Under the pieces are notes generated by a model. That model saw only the letters and a list, made by a program, of their open reading frames with translations, made no database searches and was not told where the DNA came from. From contig JAFXUC010000045.1 of NCBI GenBank assembly GCA_017535325.1, positions 3,169 through 67,168 of the forward strand: a stretch of 64,000 nucleotides of DNA, written 5' to 3'. Source of the DNA: Bacteroidales bacterium. Its GTDB lineage: Bacteria; Bacteroidota; Bacteroidia; Bacteroidales; UBA3824. Positions 47,680-55,703 of the stretch are shown here, in pieces (position 1 is the stretch's first letter; each line of letters begins with the position of its first letter). Made by a program: the position numbers and the translations under genes.

Positions 47680-47767
47680 AAAGGACAAAAGTATAAAAAA
47701 AATGACAGCCGTGAAAATATATTGCAAAAACAAGGCAAAATTTCACTTTTTTTAAAAAAAAGTTTTA

Positions 47768-47775
47768 TAATTTTG
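47768..47775 (+). promoter_or_regulatory. -7 box TAATTTTG upstream of the DUF3990-like gene
   Basis: Exact TAnnTTTG match 32 nt before the ATG at 47807. Confidence 0.4.
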
Positions 47776-47806
47776 TTAGATTTATTAATTTTGGTAAATT
47801 TGCGTT

Positions 47807-48268
47807 ATGGAAACGATTTTGATATATCACGGCAGTAATATAGCCGTTCAGAAACCGAAAATTCTGGTCAGTGGTTTTTATAAAGATTTTGGATTCGGAT
47901 TCTATTGCACCCGTTATGAAAAACAGGCGCAACGCTGGGCTCTCAGTAAGAATGGCGGCGGTATAGTTTCAGTTTATGAATATACCGGAGGGGCTGAGTT
48001 GAATATTCTGAGGTTTGATTCCATGACCGATGAATGGCTGGATTTTGTGGCAGACTGCCGGCGAGGTCTTGAACATTCATACGATATTGTAGAAGGTCCG
48101 ATGGCTGACGACCAAATTTGGGATTATGTTGAGGATTTTGCCTCCGGCAGTATTTCCCGTGAGGCGTTTTGGGCTTTGGCAAAATTCAAATATCCTACCA
48201 ACCAAATTGTCTTTACCACAGAAACTGCTTTAAAATCAATAATTTTTAAAAAATCTTACTCGTTATGA
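47807..48268 (+). CDS. DUF3990-like protein
   Basis: ILIYHGSN...P......KDFGFGFYCT...QAQRWA and DIVEGPMADDQI patterns recalled from the DUF3990 family. From memory, not searched. Confidence 0.55.
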   Translation: METILIYHGSNIAVQKPKILVSGFYKDFGFGFYCTRYEKQAQRWALSKNGGGIVSVYEYTGGAELNILRFDSMTDEWLDFVADCRRGLEHSYDIVEGPMADDQIWDYVEDFASGSISREAFWALAKFKYPTNQIVFTTETALKSIIFKKSYSL

Positions 48269-48735
48269 AAAATGTTTTCTTTCCCGATGAGGACATCACG
48301 GAAAATGACTTGTATTTTGTCTGTTACATGATAGAAAAAGTTTCCCGGCAGATTAAGCAGCCGAATAAATACGCTGTCAACCAAATGGGGTATGACGAAT
48401 TGTCGAAAAAACTCTCTTCGGCAAGTGTTCTTCATTGTCAGAACCCGCTGCAAACCGCCGCAGAATGGATTGAGGAATTTTCATTGGAAAAAGGAACTTT
48501 CGACGTTTCTGCCGTCAATCCTTATTACTGTGAAAAAATTCCGACTGAAACTCAAATGGGAAAAGTTTATAAACGCTTGGTTTTGGATACAATGCCGTTT
48601 GAAGAGGATTATGCTCAGGCTATAATCCGCGTTTACAACAACGAAATTTGCAAAACCATTGACAACTATAATTGCAGTGCGTATTACGAACCCTCACCGT
48701 ATATCGCAAGAAGTTATTTTGCGGGAGGTTTTTGA
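48265..48735 (+). CDS. DUF3791-like protein
   Basis: ATGA-overlapped partner of the DUF3990-like gene. The LYFVCYMIEKVSRQ...VLHCQNP pattern resembles DUF3791, the usual neighbour of DUF3990. Confidence 0.5.
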   Translation: MKNVFFPDEDITENDLYFVCYMIEKVSRQIKQPNKYAVNQMGYDELSKKLSSASVLHCQNPLQTAAEWIEEFSLEKGTFDVSAVNPYYCEKIPTETQMGKVYKRLVLDTMPFEEDYAQAIIRVYNNEICKTIDNYNCSAYYEPSPYIARSYFAGGF

Positions 48736-48747
48736 TTTTTGGGGAGG

Positions 48748-51700
48748 TTACAGTCCTCCTGCGAACTCCCGTCCCAAAACCATTTTCTTTTCATCGCTTG
48801 TAAGAGGTTGCAGGTTAAGAGTCTGCAAGGATTTGGCGTATTGTTTTATGTCGGTGTCCCAATAAAGAATTGAGTTGCGGCCGGTCAGCGCGAAAACCAT
48901 GCCTTTGGAATTGAATCTCAAAGTGTTGGCTCTGCCGCCGCGCAAATTCTGCTCCTCAATAAAATAAGGCTGCGAAACATAGTTGTTGACATCAACAACC
49001 GCAATTCTTTTGTCGCTGCCAGAAAGTGCCAAAAGTCCCGTCCCTGAATCGTAGACCGCATGCTCAAACTTTGAAGGTCCGTAAGTAAACTCGCCAGTAA
49101 GAGTCCCCGTCAGAGTGCTGACAAGGCAGACTAAGCCGTTGCCGTAACAAACCGCCAAAAGATTCTTGTCCCTTAAATCCGCAAGCGCGAAAGCGTTGGG
49201 ATAGCGGTAAGTCTTTTTGAAAACTGTCGTGGTGTCGCCCGTTGCGGAGTTCCATTTAACAAGTGCGCCAGAATGTAACAGAACGTAATAGACATCGGGG
49301 TCGGAAGATGTACACACACCGATGATTTTACGGTTGAAGTTGTAGCCTGTAAACGCGCCTTTTTCAGGAAGTTGCGCATCGTAGACAAAAACGTTTCCGT
49401 TGTCAAAGCCTGTGATAATGCGCCGTCCGTCGTCAGAAAGCGCGCTTGCGTTTATGTATCCAGAGGGTTTCAACTGCGAAACACTGCGGTCTTGAATGTC
49501 CGTCACAAAATTTCTTCCGTCAAGACAACTGCAAAGAAAATATTTGTCGTTTAGAAAATACGCAGAAAGAACCGGTATGGAGTTTTCCGAGGCTTTTATG
49601 CGCATAAATTCCTGCGGACGGTCGCCGGAAATTTTGTAACCCGCAATCTCGCCTTTGTCAGTTGCCGTAAAGAGGCGGTTTTGAGAGTCAACGTAAAAGT
49701 CCGAAATGTCGGCGTCGTTGATTTTCAGTGAGTTGTCGAATCCGTTTTCGTGCATTGCGCAGACCATTGCCGCGTAAATTTCGGGCGTGTTTTCTGTTAT
49801 CTCAAACTCCTTGTTGATAAGCCATGCCGACCACGCAAGACGGAGGTTCATGGACTTGTCTTCGTAACGGTTTTTTGCTTTCATGGCAAGGGCATTTGAG
49901 ACGGCGATATTGTAGAGCCGTGCCGCGCTGTCTGAGGCTTTGTCGGCTTTCAATGTCTGCTCCTCCGCCAAAAGACGGGCTGTTTCCGCCTCTTGACGCG
50001 CTTTTTCCGCAATGTCAAGATTGTGCAGAGCCTGGTCTTTCATGTCGTCGGCAAGGATACGGGCAGCGTTTGCCGATTCGTAGGCGGAGAGAGCCTCAGC
50101 CTTCGCTTCCTGCGCTTTCAGAGCCTCAGCAACCGCTTTTTGACGCTCTGTCTCGGCTCTTTTTTCGGCATCAACGGCACGCTCTTTTTCTTTCTTGTTG
50201 AGAGCAGCCTGATTTTCAGCCTCCAATGTTTTTTCTGCGGCAAGTTTGGATTGTGCCTGCGCCGTGTTTCTTTCTTCTAACGCCCAAATAGCAAAACCCG
50301 TCAGGAAAATTAATGAAACCGTGATTAACGTACCGATTATACGGTTTTTACGTTTCTTTGCTTTTTGTGCCGCTTCAACTGCGCTGCGGCTTTCGGTGAT
50401 AAAATCTTTGCAGTTTTTCGCCAAAACGTCCGCTTTTTTCAGTTTGTCGTTGAGAGGCAGTTTGCTGGTGTCTGATTTTGAAAGCCAAAACGCATTCGGT
50501 CTGACACGCGTGTACCACGTTTCAAAGTATTTAAGGTTGCCCGCCGGAAGAAGGAATCCCTGTTTTCTGCCGTTAGACTCCCAACGTGTCATCTGTATTT
50601 TAAAATCGTGAAAATCCCTCGTATCGTTAGCCTCTTCGGTGTTCCAATGTTCGAGTTTTTTCCAGTTACGGATAAGAGCCTCGTGCGTGATGTCAAGCAC
50701 CGTGTTGCCGCTAAGATATTGGGTTTCAATATCTTCCGTTTCGATGAACGGGCGCAAAAGCGTGTTGTCGGGACTGCGGAAAATATTCAAAACGCCGCAG
50801 ACCGCAGCCGTTGAGACATTCTCCTTGTTGATAATTCCGGTGATTTCGTTGAGCGTGCAACGGTTTCTTACCGGGCGGTTGTTGTCAATTTTGACCAGAG
50901 ATTTAAAAGCCGCCTCAATGATTTCCTTGCTTTCCTCGCTCGTGATTGATTTCTCTGCCCACGGAGCGTTTTTTTGAAAATAATCGTATGCAGATTCGTA
51001 GAGAATACCGGCATGGGCATTCAGAACGTTGTTCAAATCGGGCTTTTCAAAATATTTTTTCTCGTATTCAGGACGCTTGGAAAACCACTCGTCAAAGTCT
51101 TTCCTTTCTTCAACAGAAAGAACGTTCCTTGAAATTCCCGCAATCTTTGCCAAGTGGATAAGATCTAACTCTTTTTGTCCGTTGTCAGCCATTTTCCAGA
51201 GCAAGTTGAGCGCGTGCTGCAAAACCGGCAACTGGTCAAAACCGTTGTTTAAGTTATTGACAATTACTTCCCTGAGACGGTCTGAAACTTTTCCGCCTGC
51301 AAGAGTAGCCGGTTCTTCGATGACCTGACAGATTTCGTTTCGTTTTAGTTGCGGAACAAAAAACTGCGAATAAGCGATAAATTCAGGCAGGTTTTTAAAA
51401 ACTGTACACTGCGAAATAAAGTCGCTTCGCATCGTGAAAATGACGTAGACGGGAAGGTTTTCTGTTACGGAGATTCTGACGGTTTCAAGCAGAAGATTTA
51501 TAGCCGTGTAACTTTCCTCGCTCGGCTGTCCGTCGTTGAAATTGTCAGAATTTGTAAAAACTTCCTCAAACTGGTCGGCAATGATAAGAAGATTTTTTCC
51601 GTTGTTAGGGTCTTTGGCATAAAAGCCGAGTTTTTTATAAAGGTCAACAACCGACGAAAAACCGTTGTCAAGTTCTGCTAAACATTCCTCATAATCGGCA

Positions 51701-52002
51701 TTCATTTGTGTTGCTAACGCTTCTGCGAGTGAGGCTAACGGGTTTCGTTGCGGCTTAAAGTCGGCAATAATCCAAGAATTGAAATCTGCTTTGAAGAATC
51801 CCGCGCGGATATAAGGCACAACACCTGCGTAAACCATTGAAGACTTTCCGTCGCCGGACGCGCCGGTTATGAAAGCCATCTTGTTTTCTTCCAAGAGTTT
51901 AACTATCTGACGTATATGCACGTCCCTTCCCTTGAAGAAGATAGACTCTTCCTCAGAGAACGGTCTCAGACCCGGATATGGACAAATGCCTGACTGCTTC
52001 AT
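48748..52002 (-). CDS. STAND-like P-loop NTPase with TM helix, coiled coil and C-terminal WD40-like beta-propeller (cassette copy 1)
   Basis: Same N-terminal motifs as 40737-43988. TM helix IIGTLITVSLIFLTGFAIWAL preceded by KAKKRKNR, an A/E/K-rich coiled coil and a WD40-like C-terminus (LAVCYGNGLVCLVS, LALSGSDKRIAVVD, FALTGRNSILYW). Confidence 0.8.
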   Translation of the reverse strand: MKQSGICPYPGLRPFSEEESIFFKGRDVHIRQIVKLLEENKMAFITGASGDGKSSMVYAGVVPYIRAGFFKADFNSWIIADFKPQRNPLASLAEALATQMNADYEECLAELDNGFSSVVDLYKKLGFYAKDPNNGKNLLIIADQFEEVFTNSDNFNDGQPSEESYTAINLLLETVRISVTENLPVYVIFTMRSDFISQCTVFKNLPEFIAYSQFFVPQLKRNEICQVIEEPATLAGGKVSDRLREVIVNNLNNGFDQLPVLQHALNLLWKMADNGQKELDLIHLAKIAGISRNVLSVEERKDFDEWFSKRPEYEKKYFEKPDLNNVLNAHAGILYESAYDYFQKNAPWAEKSITSEESKEIIEAAFKSLVKIDNNRPVRNRCTLNEITGIINKENVSTAAVCGVLNIFRSPDNTLLRPFIETEDIETQYLSGNTVLDITHEALIRNWKKLEHWNTEEANDTRDFHDFKIQMTRWESNGRKQGFLLPAGNLKYFETWYTRVRPNAFWLSKSDTSKLPLNDKLKKADVLAKNCKDFITESRSAVEAAQKAKKRKNRIIGTLITVSLIFLTGFAIWALEERNTAQAQSKLAAEKTLEAENQAALNKKEKERAVDAEKRAETERQKAVAEALKAQEAKAEALSAYESANAARILADDMKDQALHNLDIAEKARQEAETARLLAEEQTLKADKASDSAARLYNIAVSNALAMKAKNRYEDKSMNLRLAWSAWLINKEFEITENTPEIYAAMVCAMHENGFDNSLKINDADISDFYVDSQNRLFTATDKGEIAGYKISGDRPQEFMRIKASENSIPVLSAYFLNDKYFLCSCLDGRNFVTDIQDRSVSQLKPSGYINASALSDDGRRIITGFDNGNVFVYDAQLPEKGAFTGYNFNRKIIGVCTSSDPDVYYVLLHSGALVKWNSATGDTTTVFKKTYRYPNAFALADLRDKNLLAVCYGNGLVCLVSTLTGTLTGEFTYGPSKFEHAVYDSGTGLLALSGSDKRIAVVDVNNYVSQPYFIEEQNLRGGRANTLRFNSKGMVFALTGRNSILYWDTDIKQYAKSLQTLNLQPLTSDEKKMVLGREFAGGL

Positions 52003-52021
52003 GAAAATTTTCCTTAATACG

Positions 52022-52029
52022 TCAAATAT
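52022..52029 (-). promoter_or_regulatory. -7 box TATATTTG (minus strand) upstream of cassette copy 1
   Basis: Plus-strand CAAATATA, 19 nt upstream of the NTPase ATG at 52002 and downstream of the gpmI terminator. Confidence 0.4.
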
Positions 52030-52048
52030 AGTTTACCCCAAAATATAT

Positions 52049-52080
52049 GCCAAAAAGGCTGCCGGATATAAAGGCAGCCT
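52049..52080 (-). terminator. rho-independent terminator after gpmI (minus strand)
   Basis: 9-bp stem AAGGCTGCC / GGCAGCCTT. On the minus strand it is followed by TTTTTGG. Confidence 0.6.
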
Positions 52081-52102
52081 TAATTGTTCTAAAAATTCAC
52101 TT

Positions 52103-53638
52103 TTAATCCGTAATCAAATCATGTCCAGTCATCTCTTTGGGCTGTGCAAGTCCCATGATGTGGAGAATTGACGGAGCAACGTCTGCCAAAACGCCGTCTT
52201 TTACCTTTGCGTTCTTGTTTTCGGTAACGTAGATAAAAGGTACGGGGTTCAAAGAGTGTGCCGTGTTAGGCGTGCCGTCAGCATTGATTGCATTGTCGGC
52301 GTTGCCGTGGTCAGCAATGATAATGGTCTCGTAGTCAGCGGCTTTGGCTGCCTCAACTACTTCTTTAACGCACTGGTCAACGGCTTTTACCGCTTTTTCA
52401 ATTGCTGAATATACGCCGGTGTGTCCTACCATGTCGCCGTTTGCAAAGTTTACGACGATCCAGTCATATTTCTTTGTGCCGATAGCCTCAACGAGTTTGT
52501 CTTTTACTTCAAAAGCCGACATTTCGGGTTTGAGGTCGTAGGTCGCAACTTTCGGAGAGTTGACAAGAATTCTGTCTTCGCCCTCGTAAGGAGCCTCCCT
52601 TCCGCCGTTGAAAAAGAACGTAACGTGTGCGTATTTCTCTGTTTCAGCGGTGTGAAGTTGTTTCAAGCCTTTTGACGAAATGTATTCGCCGAGAGTGTTC
52701 TCTACGTTTTCTTTCGGGAAAAGAATGTGTACGCCTTTGAAAGAAGCATCGTAAGGAGTCATGCAGTAATACTGCAAATCCTTGATTGTCTTCATTCCCT
52801 GCTCGGTCATATCCTGCTGCGTCAAAACAACGGTAAGTTCTTTTGCGCGGTCGTTGCGGTAGTTGAAGAAAATTACGACGTCGCCTTCCTTGATTCTGCC
52901 GTCAACGGTGGAGTTAACGAGCGGCTCCATAAATTCGTCGGTGTTTTTATGCTCTTCGGTGTGAGAGTCGTAGCAAGACTGAACGCCCTGAACCATGTCA
53001 GCAACCTGACGGCCTTTGCCTTCAACGAGTTGGTCGTAAGCAACTTTGATTCTGTCCCAGCGTTTGTCGCGGTCCATTGCGTAAAAACGTCCGATAATAG
53101 AGGCGATGTGTCCGCAGCCAATTGTGTCAATGTGTTTTTGAAGGTCGGCGATAAAACCTTTGCCGGATTTCGGGTCGGTGTCGCGGCCGTCCATGAAACA
53201 GTGAACGAAAGTATTTTTTATACCGTAAACTTTTGCAATATCAATGAGTTTGAAAAGATGATCCAAAGAAGAATGTACGCCGCCGGTAGAGGTCAAGCCC
53301 ATCAAGTGAACGCTTTTGCCGTTTTTTTGAGCGTAACCGTAAGCCGATTTTATTTCGGGGTTTTCGAGAATCGAGTTGTCTTTGCAGGCGCGGTTGATTT
53401 TTACAAGGTCCTGATAAACGATTCTTCCGCCGCCGATGTTAAGGTGTCCTACTTCCGAGTTTCCCATCTGACCGTCGGGCAAACCAACGTTTTCGCCCGA
53501 AGCTAAAAGTTGTGAATGAGGATAATTTGCGTTAAGATAATCCATATAAGGGGTGGGCGTCTGATAAATAACGTCGCCTTTGCCCTTGTCGCCGATACCC
53601 CAGCCGTCGAGTATCATCAAAAGTGCTTTTTTTGCCAT
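52103..53638 (-). CDS. gpmI: 2,3-bisphosphoglycerate-independent phosphoglycerate mutase
   Basis: [27 protein letters not shown] motifs, about 511 aa. Confidence 0.95.
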   Translation of the reverse strand: MAKKALLMILDGWGIGDKGKGDVIYQTPTPYMDYLNANYPHSQLLASGENVGLPDGQMGNSEVGHLNIGGGRIVYQDLVKINRACKDNSILENPEIKSAYGYAQKNGKSVHLMGLTSTGGVHSSLDHLFKLIDIAKVYGIKNTFVHCFMDGRDTDPKSGKGFIADLQKHIDTIGCGHIASIIGRFYAMDRDKRWDRIKVAYDQLVEGKGRQVADMVQGVQSCYDSHTEEHKNTDEFMEPLVNSTVDGRIKEGDVVIFFNYRNDRAKELTVVLTQQDMTEQGMKTIKDLQYYCMTPYDASFKGVHILFPKENVENTLGEYISSKGLKQLHTAETEKYAHVTFFFNGGREAPYEGEDRILVNSPKVATYDLKPEMSAFEVKDKLVEAIGTKKYDWIVVNFANGDMVGHTGVYSAIEKAVKAVDQCVKEVVEAAKAADYETIIIADHGNADNAINADGTPNTAHSLNPVPFIYVTENKNAKVKDGVLADVAPSILHIMGLAQPKEMTGHDLITD

Positions 53639-53710
53639 TTCAAATTTCGTTTTAAATAAAATTTTTACGCTGCAAAGTTAATATTTTTTTTGAAAAAAAA
53701 CGATTTTTTT

Positions 53711-55492
53711 TTAGAACGACTCGAAATCGCTGTCAGTGTCGTCTTTTTTTGACATGTCAATGAACGTGCCGCCGGTGTTTTTCTCTATCGCATTCTTTCG
53801 TCTCGGCGCAGTCTTCTTCACGGGCTTGTTGTCAGGCATCATAAAATCTTCGTTGCGCGGAGCCGCAGGTTTTGCGGTGTTGTCCGGTTTCGGTTTGCTG
53901 CTGATTGTTACCCGCTGTTGAGAGCCTGATTGTTGTGCGCCTGATTGTTGCGGTCTGTTTCTGTCGCGGCCGTTATTGTTTTTATCAATTTTGAAGAACG
54001 AAACGGCTTGTTTCAATTCTTCGCTCTGAACGGCAAGGCTTGCACTTGTGGACGCCATTTCTTCCGCTGAGGCGGCGTTACTCTGCGTTACGTTGTTAAG
54101 GCTTTGCATTGACGAGTTGATTTGGTCAATACCTGCCGACTGCTGGTTGCTTGCTGCGGCAACCTCGCGGACGAGCGTAGAGGTACGTTCGATGTCAGGA
54201 ATAATGTTCCTTAAAAGTGCGCTTGCGTTTTCGCTGACAGCAACTGCGTTGTGGCTTACTTGGTCAATTTCAGAGGCGGCTTTGGCACTTCTTTCGGCAA
54301 GTTTGCGGACTTCCGAGGCTACTACGGCAAAGCCTTTTCCTTGCTCGCCGGCTCGGGCTGCCTCTACTGCGGCGTTGAGTGCAAGTAAGTTGGTCTGAAA
54401 CGCAATTTCGTCGATGATTGATATTTTTTGAGCAATATTTTTCATTGCCTCCATACTCTTTTGACTTGCTTCGTTGGTCTTACGAATATTTAAAAGTGCT
54501 TTGTCAGCAATCTGCTCGGTTTGTTGAGCATTTGCGGTGTTTTGCGCAATCCTTGCCGACATCTGCTCTATCGCAGTTGAAATTTCTTCCGTCGAGGACG
54601 ACTGCGCACTTGCTCCATCGTTCATCTGCTGAGCCGTGCGCGACATTTCGTTGCCGCTCGTGTTGACGTCTTCCGCTCCGATGGTAATCCTTGCAACGAT
54701 TTCCCTTAATTTTGCCGACATTTGATTGAGTTTTTCGGACATGTGTCCGATTTCGTCATTGGAATCCACTTCTACGTTTTGAGTAAGGTCGCCGTCGCTG
54801 AGTTTTGTTATCACGTCCTCTATTTTTATAATCGGCTTTATGGTGAAATTAGAGAACCACTGGAACAGCAGAAACGCCACTACAATCATAACACCAATAG
54901 TCGTATAAGCGATAAAGAAAATATTGTGAACGCTTTCGTCTGCGCCGTCAAGCCTTTGAGAGGCACGTCCTATAGCCTCGCCGCCGATTTTTTCGTTAAT
55001 GGCAGAAAGGGCGTTTATATCTCCAATCATCTTTTTGAACAATTCGGTGAATTGTTTGCTTTCCGTCAATTCTTCGCCTGAGGCTAATTTTTGCTTATAC
55101 AGCGTATTGAACTGACCGACCAAATTTTCATAGTCGGAGAGATAAAACGCAATTTTGTCGAGGGCTTGTTCGTTGTTTTCGTTCCTCGATTTTTGCAACT
55201 CCGTATGACGCTGCTTTGCAAGGTTCAACGATATATATGCGGAGTCCATATACGATATTGTTTTGGTGGAGATACTCCTGTTGATGAGCAATGCCGTTTG
55301 TAACATTTTGAGGTTTAGTTCGTTACCGTAGACCGACTGCGGCATTTCTTTATATTTGACTTGCGCTAAATATTCGCTGGTTTGATAAGCGGAGGACAGC
55401 GGAATACAAAACGATATTACGAACAAGATTATAAAAGCGAGAAGACCGCCTGCAATCTTTTGCTTTATTGACAGGTTCTTAAATGTAAACAT
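53711..55492 (-). CDS. methyl-accepting chemotaxis protein (two TM helices, HAMP, MA domain, long low-complexity C-terminal tail)
   Basis: Highly conserved MCP hairpin [48 protein letters not shown] after TM2, and a tail of about 100 aa ending ...[10 protein letters not shown]. Confidence 0.85.
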   Translation of the reverse strand: MFTFKNLSIKQKIAGGLLAFIILFVISFCIPLSSAYQTSEYLAQVKYKEMPQSVYGNELNLKMLQTALLINRSISTKTISYMDSAYISLNLAKQRHTELQKSRNENNEQALDKIAFYLSDYENLVGQFNTLYKQKLASGEELTESKQFTELFKKMIGDINALSAINEKIGGEAIGRASQRLDGADESVHNIFFIAYTTIGVMIVVAFLLFQWFSNFTIKPIIKIEDVITKLSDGDLTQNVEVDSNDEIGHMSEKLNQMSAKLREIVARITIGAEDVNTSGNEMSRTAQQMNDGASAQSSSTEEISTAIEQMSARIAQNTANAQQTEQIADKALLNIRKTNEASQKSMEAMKNIAQKISIIDEIAFQTNLLALNAAVEAARAGEQGKGFAVVASEVRKLAERSAKAASEIDQVSHNAVAVSENASALLRNIIPDIERTSTLVREVAAASNQQSAGIDQINSSMQSLNNVTQSNAASAEEMASTSASLAVQSEELKQAVSFFKIDKNNNGRDRNRPQQSGAQQSGSQQRVTISSKPKPDNTAKPAAPRNEDFMMPDNKPVKKTAPRRKNAIEKNTGGTFIDMSKKDDTDSDFESF

Positions 55493-55703
55493 AATATTTG
55501 AGTTTTTATTTGTTATTTTGTTTAATAGTTGTAAATATCTTGCAAAAACTATGCAAATATCAATTTTTTAATGTATAAATATAAAAATCTCACCCCGGTA
55601 CGCTGTTTTTTTTCATAATACACGCGGTGAGATTGTTCGCTGCAAATATATAACAAAATTATTATTTACAAAATATTTGGATAGATTTTTTTGAAAAAAA
55701 GTA

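Noticed and set aside
55586-55634. Inverted repeat AATCTCACC ... GGTGAGATT between the GH95 and MCP genes, considered as a regulatory element.
   Set aside because: It most simply serves as the GH95 terminator on the minus strand, where a T-run follows. The ~31-nt loop makes it weak, so it is not listed as a feature.
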